Shown piece after piece: positions 38,105-49,595 of a stretch of DNA of 64,000 bases. The translations under genes were made by a program, and so were the position numbers. Every line of letters starts with the position of its first letter. Positions within the stretch are counted from its first letter, which is position 1. The notes beneath the pieces were generated by a model. That model was not told where the DNA came from, did not search any database, and was given only the letters and a program-made list of their open reading frames with translations. Origin of the DNA: Dudresnaya verticillata (taxonomy: Eukaryota); assembly GCA_977862235.1 (NCBI GenBank), contig OZ374564.1, forward strand, positions 1,116,001-1,180,000, in the 5' to 3' direction.

Positions 38105-40474
38105 ATGGCTCCAGCAAGACAGAAGGCATCCATCCGGCAGCGCGGGCGACCCAAAAACATTTCGCAAAAGCTTGCGAAGTTCCGTGAGGATTTCGAGGCG
38201 GAAGAGCTTTCAAGCGGAAAGACTACTAAAGGGAGTCAGTCGAGTTCTGGGAAGGAAAATCCATCACCAGATGCGAGGAGGAGAATCGGAAAATCTCCGT
38301 CGAGTTCCGGCGGCTCAGCCAATCCACGAAGAAAATACATCCTGGACTCAATTGATGAGGCAACTGACATCCCACGCACAACAAAGTCTTTATCATTTCG
38401 GAAGAGGCGTGTGCAAGCACCCAGAGTCCCACCATTATCTGGTTAAAAGCGCTTTCTACCTGTTTCAACAGGTCATGAGGAGGATCTTGCCGACTCGGAT
38501 CGCAGTAGGTTGCGCAGCAGTGAAGAAGAGTGCACGCAACCGATGGAAAAGGAGTCGACACACCCATCGAAGAAAGGAAAGGAATACCTCACACCCGAAC
38601 GCAGGAGTAATTCCCCTCTTAATTCGAGATTACTGTCCGGTAGCGCTAGCAATTTAGATAGGCGACCAGGAGTTGGTGTTGAAGGTGCTCCTCGCGAAGA
38701 CCGTTCTTTTGGGGAGAAAGCAGGGGAACAATACCCAGAGTTTATTGATGATGATGAAGCTTTTCGCACTAGTTCAGTACCAGGATCAGCCATGAGGACA
38801 CGTAGAGGTGATGTCACAGGGGAGCCTCTTGCCAAACGTAGCATTCTGCCCGCTTGTTCCCGCGATGATTATTTCGTCGGTTAAGAAATTGAGCCTCTCG
38901 TCACCACCGACAGCTGTCCACCTGCTTGGACTCCTACAGATACGGATGTTCTGTCCAGGCTTATATCATCTGTGGGAAGAGATATATCTCGACAAAATGA
39001 AGATCTTCACAAGGCATGTTTGGCAGCAAACAGGATGTTCGAAAGCAAACTCTCCTCGGAGATGAAGACGCTTCGAGAGGAGATTGCTGATATGGCTATC
39101 TCGATGCCTAAGGGGCGGAGTCCTCGTGGACTTACGCAAGTCAAGAATGAGGTTAAAACCACCTTGGGCCAATGGGAGAAAACATCGAATGCCCTCACCC
39201 CTTTCAAAGACCTCGTCTTCTGCTCGTCCGTCTTTTCGCGAGTACTCGTCTATAATGCCCCTCTTATTATTGTGCGGATCTGCAAGGCGTTGCGTACTGG
39301 GTTACCTAGAGTGCGCGGTAAACGGGAGACCGTTCTTCATAATGCTTCAAAGGCGTTGTCCACACTGATGTTCAGTCTTATGCCTAACGAATCTCGTAAG
39401 AAATTCGGAGAAGGAATCGGGAAAAAGCACGGGAACTTCAGGTTTACAGTTATGAAAATGCTTTCTACAATTTCCATACAGACAGATTTGGCTTCTCAAA
39501 AAACCAGGCAGCGGTTGTTCACCTGGAACCAGTTCACATACGCCGAAGGCGACAACCGAGGGCCCCGTCGACCAGCCTATGTGGACTAAGCCCGGTTACG
39601 TCATTTTGAATACATTACACGCCGCTCGGCAACAACTGGAACAGAAGAAGGACACTCGTAAGACGATATTGAAGGATATTCCAACCAAATCAGATGCGGA
39701 TACACATGGAGCCATGAAAGGATTTCGTTATCTTATCCTGGATCTTCATGACGGACGCGAGAGGCTCCGTTCTATGTTTTCCCAGATCTTGGATATCTGC
39801 TCGTGAACTGGAATGAGTTTTTCCCAGATGTGGACCACCGGAATCTCAAGCTGAGCTGGATGGATCAAGTCACAGTCGATTTAGATGTGGAGATAAGATA
39901 TCTGTTGCTCGACGATGTTCCGGAAATGAATGTGCACCGTGGAGGCCCGACTACCGAAACGGATGCTAAGAACAAAGCAGAGTTGGATGAATTCTTTGCT
40001 GATTGCCCGGAGATGACTCTTGTCGCTGAACATGAAGTTTTCGCTATGTTCTGTCCTCCCAATAAGTCAAGACAGAAGAAACATTCTGGTGGTAGGAAGA
40101 AGGTAATTCGCCGTAAGATAAATCTTATTGACGTATCCTGGAACGTTATCAGCGACTATACGAAGGCTGAAGATGGATGGGCTTTCCTTCGAGCACAAGA
40201 GTTATCTTTGAAGAGAATTTACGCGATCGCAATGGTTCTAAGAGAGCTTGTAGATATTTACATCCGGTCGCTCGACCCGAGCTCTGGAATTCGTCCAAAG
40301 TTAGAATCGATCGAGATAGGACCCACTAGCATAGCCTTGCTAATGACCGGCAGAGGGACTCAGGAAACGCTCATAGGGCGTCGTTGCATCCGAATGACGG
40401 AGACAGAGTTCGCTGCCTTGCACCAGCCCATTTTCGGTCGAAACGAGAATGAGGAAAGTCCCTTTGAGGATTAA
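38105..40474 (+). pseudogene. Large frameshifted ORF convergent with the CMC-like transposase, unknown function
   Basis: Chain of + strand ORFs (MAPARQK..., 38510, 38972, 39579, 39803) with a disordered basic N-terminus and a globular C-terminal part. Confidence 0.5.
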
Positions 40475-40699
40475 AGGGATGACGCAATGATTGAGGTTTC
40501 GGACGACGTGGATGTTGTTGCACTTGAAATTTTTTCCTCGGCACTGCATGCAGTGGCCGTTGATCAGACAAGGCATAGAGCAATCAAACCAAGTTTTTGC
40601 ATGCACAACGAGATATGTTTCTGTATCGCCTGATGATAAAAACTCGTATGCCTGCAGGCATATTTGCATTAAACGGCGTAGGTTTGTGCAGAGTTGTCT

Positions 40700-43600
40700 G
40701 AATAATGAATGATGGGTCTCAGAACAATAAAGGGGTATTGGTTTCCATGAAAGATGAGCCGTTTGGTCTCTTAGCTTGAGCCCGGCTTCCGGCTGAAAAC
40801 GAGCGTCTGCGAAGAATGGTTGCGAACGTGCCAGCTTGATGGTTCAGTGATGATGTCCTGCACGTCAATTTGACCTTCTAACGAGTTTTTCTGCTGTGTT
40901 TACTATAGGAGGTGATACATTACGAATATTGACCGGAGCATAGAAAGCAATTGTGAAACGCTAGTATAGGGGTCGGAAATCTGGATCGAGATTGCTTGGA
41001 ACCAATGACCCTGCAAGCGCTCACTTTCCAGCCATCAAAATGTGAATTGGTGAGCGTTACTGATTCGACTACTACTCCAGCGGGCAATAGCAACCACGAG
41101 TGCCCCAGGACACGGGCGAATTCGTGGTCGCGATACTATTGCGTGTGCAATGGCGCACTGCATGTAGCTTCTATAGCAGTGAGTGCTGGAGATGGTGTTC
41201 TGGAGTACTACCATGCGCATGCAAGCATCAAAGCGCGTTGCGAGGCCACCCTCAAGTCAACGAAGGTAATAATATCAATGCGGGTACCAAATATGCTGCG
41301 TTCGATTGGTTAGATTACAATACACACTACCCCATTCTTGGTGGGAACCCCTGTGATCTGCCTTGAAGTCTCATCTTGGAACCACTTAGAATGCTGCTAC
41401 GATGTAGAATCTTACCCGAATTTCGATGGAAAGGACATACCTTGCCGTCTTCAGATCTGCAGTCGTGATATATTGATATTCTTCTATCGCTATCACCCAT
41501 TTTCATCCATTGGACCGCAGCTGAACTTAGTGGCTTTTCCATCATAATCATGTTGGACTCCTTTATGCAACGCTGCACCAGACTCGAGCTATCACCATGT
41601 CCAATCTGAGCCATCCCGATGGCAACATATTGTTGCAATTGGGCACCATGTTTGGAAGTGCAACAAAATATCTTATCCTTCATCTCTCGTGGAAGTACAA
41701 GAGCTTGAATGGCATTCCCTGGGCGTATTTCATTGTATCCATCTACCGAGGAGATGTTGTTTTCGTCTTTTGGGTCCGACTGGACTCTTTTACCAGTAGT
41801 AAAAAGCGTCAGCTCCGATTGCACGACTTCGTGCCCCTGAATTGTAGGGTACCACTCTCGAAGGCAAGAGATGCAGCTTTCAACGATAGCAATCACTTCC
41901 TCCCGTCGATCGACAATATATGTAGATTCAGTAGCCCTTTGTTTGATGCATTTCCATACCGTAGCATCGGAGATGAGAAGTTGGACACCAGTGACCTTCC
42001 CTTCAAGAGCCTCTTGACTGGTGCAGAAAGTTGATCAGTGAGGCAGTTGTCAATTATCGCAATCATCTCATGATGCTCATCTTCTACCAGTCCTTCTAGT
42101 ACTGTCCTTAACTTGAATTTCCGTAGTTCTCGTCGAGCGACCTGCTTATTACTACCATCTTCGGATGTTAACTGCCTGGAGACATTGGCAAGACGACCTT
42201 GCCAGTCATTTCCAATGCAGTGCTCAGGTGCAGAGACATGCGCCTTGCCGTAGTTCGATCGAGCGATACATCTCTTTAATGGCTGATGAGCATGTTCAAA
42301 TACAAGCTCGATAAATTCCCGGACGTGCCCCATGATAGGGATAGAATGGAAATAGAGCTCCAGAAGCCTGTGTAGATTCGGTTTGTCGAGAAAACCTTTT
42401 ATGTCAGGAAACTTGGAGCAAACAAGATTCACTGATGATACATAATCCTTCGCCATTGCCTGTACCTCCTGGTAGCATATTGAGCGACCAGCGCCAGACA
42501 CGAAACGCACAGCTCTTAGTCCATCAACGTCTTGTTCAGGCCACCAGTACGTATAACCTAATATTTTCTGAAGCTTCTGAAGTATTTGCACGAGTCAACG
42601 TGCAAGATACGTTGCATTTATCGAGCGACTTCGTAAGGGTAGCATTATGGCCATCACTTGGGAAGCGACGCGGACGACAAAAAGGAGACTGGATAGGCTC
42701 ATGCTGTTCATCTTCTTTGACTCTGGGTTGTAATCTCTCTTCTGCTTGAGCAAGCCGTTTTCGGACAAGGCGTGAACTATATACCTGTCGGCAACGAGCC
42801 GTTACCCTTTCGGAAATGAATAGAATATTTCATCCATTATATTGCTGGCCAAACCGGACAGAAGGTGATCAGGGGCGACAAAGTTCGAGCGATATGCATC
42901 ACATACTCCTGGAACAACGGGGCTCCCCGAAATAGACCTTTGAACGAGATGTTTTACCTCTTCGATTCGTTTCTTTATAATATCAACGGGCCGCTTTCGT
43001 CATCCACTCTGACTGCTGGTTTCATGCCCAGTGTATTAGCGTTTCTGCCACTCATACCAGCATCTCGCACTGCTCCTTGTCGCTCCCCTGTTTAAGCGAA
43101 AGCGGAGTCCTGGAAATGTATAAGAGTGGTGTATCCATTTTGTGTCGATGCATCGTAATTTTGTTTCTCCTTCCTGAATGTGCACTGAGTACACGGCGTT
43201 TTAGCAATGTGTCCTAGTTGATCGACAACATGAGCTGATGCAGGATAGTCGCCTATAAAACCAACGATATCGATGAATATCCTGACGTATTCACCACTCG
43301 GCATTTTCCCTGTATTCCGTCTACCATGGACTTCACGAGATCATCAACCATGCAGTGCAATGCCTTTTTAGTAGAAACGCCCGGTGGAGTAAGAGAAATA
43401 ATACAAACTGCCGAAGTGCTTCGACGAGATTATGCAACAAGCCCGACTGGGAGCATGTAGCAGCCTCCAGCAGAACCTTGGGGAAACAATGAGGAACCCA
43501 GCTTAAAGTCATCAAGTTAGAGTAGAATTCTATATACAACGTACTGGGTACCATCTTGAAGAATCCCTTTGTTAGGGTCCGAATCAGCCACATGAGGAGG

Positions 43601-45446
43601 CTCCTCTTCGTTCTAAAGGTAGCGTAGTTTTCGAACAACTTGTCTGAATATAGGCTTAAAGACTCCCTCTTCTTTTTCCTTGGTTACCCAAAGCAGGGAG
43701 AGCGAAGGGATGCTGTGCGTTTCTCCCATGGAGGCATGAACGATTATTATATAGGTTCTGGAGGCGGTTTTTTCCCTCGGTATCAACAAAGTACACTTAT
43801 CTCCAGGAAACAAGGAAAGGATGCGCTATATAGCAGTAAGGTACCCCTTTTCAATAACAGAACCTGAAAACTGTCCACAAAAACAGTTTGACAATCGTCT
43901 TCCCATCCGTTGTCAATTGGTCCAGGGCTCGGGCTTCCTTAAGTCTTCTAGTTTTTTCCTTGGTTTCCAACGCACCACACGCAGAGTATCTTAGCACCAA
44001 TACGAAAAGCGTTTGAGGCCGTTGAAGTGCTGTAGCTGTGGTCCGGGTCCGGCACTTGTCTTGAGACAGTTGGCTCGAGATGAAATCCCGGACCTGCTTG
44101 CTTCAGGAACCCTGAAGCATCTTATACAATCACATGTTGCCCCTGTAACAGGACTTTCTTCCGAGACTTGACGAGCGCTGAGCTCTCAAACGTCCTATTA
44201 AACACTCTACTGCCAGAACATCGCTGCTCACCGACTTGTGCGTACAGTTGGTCGTAAATAATATTTGTTGCAATATCTAGAAGCGCCCTTGAAGACGGCA
44301 ACACAATACGCACCTCGACACTTCCGGGTCCCGTCTCTCTAGCATCCTCATCCCCTTGTTCGTGACGAGAGCTGTCTCTACATGACTGCCTACTCGAAGG
44401 AGTCAGCTCCATAGCAGGACTCTGAATAAACTGCACTTCTGTATGGTCGACCTGTTCTTTTAATATCGGGTTAAAAAGTTTTGGTGCGAATGTCTGGGCT
44501 CACCATGACTTTTAAGCAGGTCGTTCATCACTTGTAAATCTTCCGACCGGAAGACCTTAATGACGCTCTTTGGGAATACCTTCTAAAGAAGCCTTTCATA
44601 GAACCTTTTCACTGCTTTATAGGAATGAAGAGCTTCACCATGGGCCAATTGATCTGACAACATCAAATTGTTCAACTGAAAATCTCACACTGCCAGATAC
44701 TATTAACGTAGAAAGTAATCGTTTTTTGTTAGACCACTTCTTAAGTTCCCTTTTCAGAATACGTAAGTTATGGGTAGTTCTGTTGATCGACACGATGTTC
44801 CCACAGCTGCTCTTTCTGATGAGCTTCCAAGCTCCTTGTGGGCTTCTCCTTCAACGTCTACTAGATCTAGGATCTCATCTTCCTCACCACTGCTCCGATA
44901 CTCATCAAGTCCTGTTGTTTCCTCAAGTTACGAGATGAAAGGAACAAACTCTCCTCCAGCCTCCCTGTCTCGTTCTCCTCTCAGTTGCTCTAACATCACT
45001 TCCGCTGCAAGTGCTGTTGAAATTTGAGGCCATCGACTGCTGGATCCAGCTCCATCATTTCCTTCTTCGTCAAAAAATCGTTCCTGTGACTGGTCAGTAC
45101 CGCTGATCTCAAACGTGCCTGTTGCAGATGGGGATCCCCTGTCTTGAAGTAAATCGGAACCTTCACGCTCGTGTCTGTTATCATCATCTCTTTCCTCGTT
45201 GAGTTCTGCGGACCGCCATGGCGATGCTTCAGGGATTTCTTCTACGCGATATTCAAAATCCATATCCTTCAATTTGACGGCTCGCTGATCGATACCTCTT
45301 CTCGCCCGATATGGGTCGAATATATTTTTTGCAAGAGTCTGGAGCCATGTGGAGTTATCAGAATCCCTCTTCCGCTTCCGAGGCATGACCGAAAAGCTCT
45401 TGAGCTGTTGTGCTACCTGAAAATAGAATGCAATGACTTGAGTCAA
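40700..45446 (-). pseudogene. CMC-superfamily (Plavaka/Mirage/EnSpm-like) DDE transposase, decayed
   Basis: In order: LDDF...SAGGCYMLP...LTPPGVS; FIGDYPA...GH...PCTQC; APDHLLSG; KPNLH...IPIMG...FEHAHQPLKR. Confidence 0.75.
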
Positions 45447-46119
45447 TGTTCACGGAATCCTCGGATGTTGCAGAGCTCTGCAACAATTGTTACTTTAGCA
45501 GTTGAGATGAAGGGGTAGTGAGATCTCTCGATCCTTATGATTAATTCCGAGCTCAGCCTTATGGTTGAATGGACAACGATAACAGCGCAAGCCAACAATG
45601 TCATTGGTCTCCGGGCCAACCGTGCTCAAGTGCTTTCTTTTTGAAGCTAATCGCGCGTCATTGGCGCGTCATTGTCGATCTGAGCCATTGAAATTCAGCA
45701 ACCAGAGTTGTAATGCCTCGGATCGATCGCGAAGCTTGTGTTGACGCTGTATGTGCGCATATATATGCGCTGTATACAGCGCTTGCACATGCTGGTGCCT
45801 GGCCCCAACTGTAACATTGCACAACCTCAGCAAAAAACGCAAAACAGCATACGTTCATGCATTGTCTGCAGACAAGTGCCGTCCGTATGAAGTGAAGCAT
45901 CTTTTTTGGAGCTCCAATACACCTAGGTCATGAGCTAGCTCAAGTTGTACGAAAATTGTATAAGCCAATGCACATTCATCTCGAGACTTGATCCATCTTT
46001 GCGACAGCAGTACTTTTTCTTTTAGGTTTGTGATCCTTCAGGGTGGCCATGGCCACGAGGGTGTACCCTAAAAGTGCCGGCACTGTACGCTGCTAGCCAG
46101 GATCTCCGATCTGAAGAGA

Positions 46120-46163
46120 ATATCGTCACTGGTCAAGAGACTAGTCTGGACCAGTGACGATAT
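46120..46163. repeat. Perfect 15-bp-stem inverted repeat
   Basis: ATATCGTCACTGGTC - 14 nt containing the palindrome AGACTAGTCT - GACCAGTGACGATAT. Confidence 0.85.
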
Positions 46164-47289
46164 ACGCAGCTGCGTCACGACGGGCGCCCGTCAATGCACA
46201 TGTTACCGGACGCAGCATTTGCGTTCTTATCAGTTCCCAACAATGTTTCCACGCTTAGCCCTGCGTCACTGCGTCCAACACAGTATATGCTCGCATATGC
46301 GAGTATTTACTCGCATAGAACTATGGCAGATACTCGTATCTCGTTGCACCTTAAATTGCAGATAAAGCTTGCTCGTGCCAAGTGCTCATCCTAGTACAGA
46401 TGCATGTATTAACTAGTCTTAATTAGTCTGCTTAAGCTTAATTAGCTTCAGCTGTGTGAGCATAAACCAATTGGTTTATGCTTAAGCTCTTAGGGACACC
46501 TCATTGCTTGTATGCGGGGTGGGTGTCTTTATATTGCACATTTTATACCCAGCCATCTACATACAATATTGATCGATGCGTAAGTAGAGAAACGTGATTG
46601 ATAGTACTTAATGTAGTAAATAACGATCGTCGACCTAAATATGAACGTAGAATTGTGAACGTAGGTTAACCCGATCGATTGTTAGCATCGACAATTGTCG
46701 TGTTACTTATTGTTATTGGTTTAAGCCAAGAACAATAAGCAACAATGAAGTGAGAATTGACGCTTGAAAAACGAATCCAAAAGGTAACCTCCATGGTGCC
46801 CGAGAAGGCGAGCAAAGGGATGAAATCGTTCCAATATCTGTATTCATGTTTCCTTCAACCTCTGTGTTGAGAAAATATGCTGGAGTGTTCCAAGGACCTT
46901 AAAGTAGTAGCTACTCTCTGACGCGAACAAAATGGCACCTGAAGGCCAATTGGAATTGGCATTGGGCAACATAAGCTAATAAAATAAATAAATAAAGTCT
47001 CAGCAAGAAAATAGACGTGCATCATGATGACTTGTGCTCAGCAACACCAGTGCAATAGCGCGCGTGAACTCATCCATCGATATTGAAACTTCAGCAGTGC
47101 CCTATACAGCCGCAGCTATAAAACAACAGTGAGGTGGCGGTTTTAAGTATACCTATATGTGTACAAAGTAGGATTACTTAGTGTTATAGACGTAGGCAAT
47201 AAAAAACTTTGCTTGTCGGGGCTCCCCTATTCCTGCGCGGGAAATGGCTCGTACGAGGTGGTGGAATTGCGCACACCATAGGTGTATGT

Positions 47290-48285
47290 ACAATAGAAGT
47301 CGTAATCAAATTTATGTGAGTAGAGTTTGAGGAGGAACCTCTATCACAAGCACCCCAGGGCGCTAGGCGCTAGCCTCCCTCATGAGGTTAATGAACAGGT
47401 CTCTTTGCGTAACTGCAATTGTACATAGCTTTCGTTTCAACATGTTTAAACATGTTTAACTATAGTGCACTATAGTGCAATTGTACATAGCTTTTTCAAA
47501 AACTATGCACAATTGCACTAGTTTAGCGCACATTCGTGCGCATTTGCCCATACAATACCCAATTATATAAATGAAAGTCAGAGTTAATATCAGCAGCTGC
47601 TGCTGCAGCTGCCATGGAACTAGTGCCCTACTCAAACATGATTGATAACGAGTGCTGACGTGCTAGCAAGTGCTTGCTTGTCACGCGCGTGAATTGGTCG
47701 TTCGAAATTGAGGTCTCAATGTCGTCAGCCGAAACCCCGTCGTAGGACATTTAAGTGTATAGAAATTTCTATAGTGAGTAGACCTACGTAGGCCTACTCC
47801 GGATTGCAAGGCCTAGAAACTTCTATCGTTAGCATATGCGATATCAATATCGAGAAGCTCCGCGATGCTATTAAGAGGTAAAACTTAAGTACCTGTAAAC
47901 GGCTCTCGTTCTGTGAGCAATTGCGCACACAGAAGTGTCAACTACAACAAAAAGCACAGTTACGTTTATGTGAGTAGAACTACTAAGCTCGACCCTGACG
48001 AGGAACTTGTACCTCAAACAGTTGGGGTAGCCCAGAGCACTAGACGCTGGCCTCACCAGGTTAATGAACAGGTCTCTTCGCAAAGTGCAATGCTCGCACA
48101 TGGACTTTTTAGTGCTAGTACTTGAGCTGAATTGCCCGCACAATACACCACTATATAAACAAAAGACGGCGTCATTCTCAGTGGTGTTTGACGCAAGAGT
48201 GACGCGTGTGATTTGGTGGATCGACAATGAAAAGTTAGCAGCGTCGGCTATCGTTAGCACCGAGAAGCTTCTCGATGCTAGCGAT
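47290..48285 (+). repeat. Diverged tandem duplication with embedded hairpins
   Basis: Shared blocks in the same order: TTTATGTGAGTAGA (47311/47966), AGGTTAATGAACAGGTCTCT (47385/48058), TATATAAA, TATCGTTAGCA, GAGAAGCT..CGATGCTA. Confidence 0.65.
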
Positions 48286-48695
48286 GGAACAAAAATCTCG
48301 CCTGTCGCATCCACCCATTCTCGCCATGGGGTTGGGAACGGCAGATATCTCCTAGGAGATATTTTAATTTCTCCGCCTTTAGATGTGCCAAAATGTAATT
48401 ATAATTAAAGAGAATAGAGCACGCCAATTCGCCAATTCGCCTGCGGGGTGTACATCAGTGGGCCTATGAGCCTGTGCAAAGGCTCTCCTACAAGACCTAT
48501 GTTGTTTAGAACGACAACTCACAAGCCGACATAGCTCGACTTAAGCATCTCGCGTCGCTCGACACTCGGTGTGCACGTGTATCGCTGCGAACATGGCAGG
48601 CGTATTGCGAGGAGCCTCGGTATCATATACCGTTCACGCTGTATTGCGACCGTACCTTTTGTCGTGACGGATTCGAGGCGTACTATGTCTATGCC

Positions 48696-49595
48696 ATGGA
48701 CATCTTTCTGAGCAATGATGACCTGGAGATCAGAATGGAAAACCTGCCGCTGCTGAAGGGCAGAGTGACTGATAGAAGATCGTTTGCATTTGCCGAGCGG
48801 CCCGTATTCTTCCGGGAACTTCACAACCGTATCATACACAACGTTTGGATTGCTTCGGATCGCTGCATGAGCCGCGAAATCGACACTCTCCCTCCATCTA
48901 CTCTGCAGGCTGACTTCCCAACATCTCCGCAATGGGTTGAAGCGTTCCACCAGCCAGCCGGACGCCCGGTACCGACTCCTTTGGTTCTGTACTACTATCA
49001 TAGGGAGCTTCGTTCTCAAGATGGCCCTCGTCGTACGAAGAGGATGGATAAACTGCAGAAGGCCTTGAAGTTGGAATACGTTGTTATGTTTGTGGAGGCA
49101 TGGTTCTTGGAAGCTGCTATAGGGTCCAGGCAGTTTATCCTTCCGTTTGAAACCATTGAGAAGCTCGGAAAAATAATTGGAGATGTAAAGATCGTCAAGA
49201 ATGTAGCCAACGTATACATTCTGTCCTTGATGCGCCTCGCTGCTGTTACGGATGCCAAACTGTACAACCGCTTCCACTTCGTGCGTTACTCGTGGATGAT
49301 GGCTCAAAATGTTCGCTACACAAAGCTGCCGGTTCCAGACAGCATCTTCCTGTGGGCGAAGAAAGGGACAGGAATCATGTACATGCAGGAGCCTTCTGGG
49401 AAGATATGCTTTGCTTCTTTGTGGACGAGGAATATGTCGTTACGACCACGTACTCTCTTACTCCCATTTGGTATCTTTTGTCCTGATGTTCGAGGTGTGG
49501 ATCCAGTAGTGTCCGGTAAATCTTTGCCGCAATCTCCCTCTCTTGCAATCACACCTAGGACAGCGCTAATGGCATCCCTAAAGGCGCTCAGATGA
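48696..49595 (+). CDS. Intact 299-aa protein homologous to the Gypsy antisense-ORF domain
   Basis: ATG-to-stop uninterrupted. TSPQWVEAF...PVPTPLVLYYY...LEYVVMFVEAW...RQFILP...FVRYSW parallels the E1 and E3 antisense ORFs. Confidence 0.7.
   Translation: MDIFLSNDDLEIRMENLPLLKGRVTDRRSFAFAERPVFFRELHNRIIHNVWIASDRCMSREIDTLPPSTLQADFPTSPQWVEAFHQPAGRPVPTPLVLYYYHRELRSQDGPRRTKRMDKLQKALKLEYVVMFVEAWFLEAAIGSRQFILPFETIEKLGKIIGDVKIVKNVANVYILSLMRLAAVTDAKLYNRFHFVRYSWMMAQNVRYTKLPVPDSIFLWAKKGTGIMYMQEPSGKICFASLWTRNMSLRPRTLLLPFGIFCPDVRGVDPVVSGKSLPQSPSLAITPRTALMASLKALR

Noticed and set aside
35323..46078. CAC...GTG ends as TIRs of the CMC-like element
   Set aside because: CACCTGTAGG versus CACTTTTAGG is too short and mismatched, and no TSD was confirmed.
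48519..49307. 262-aa minus-strand ORF
   Set aside because: Shadow of the 299-aa + strand ORF, which is the one showing homology.
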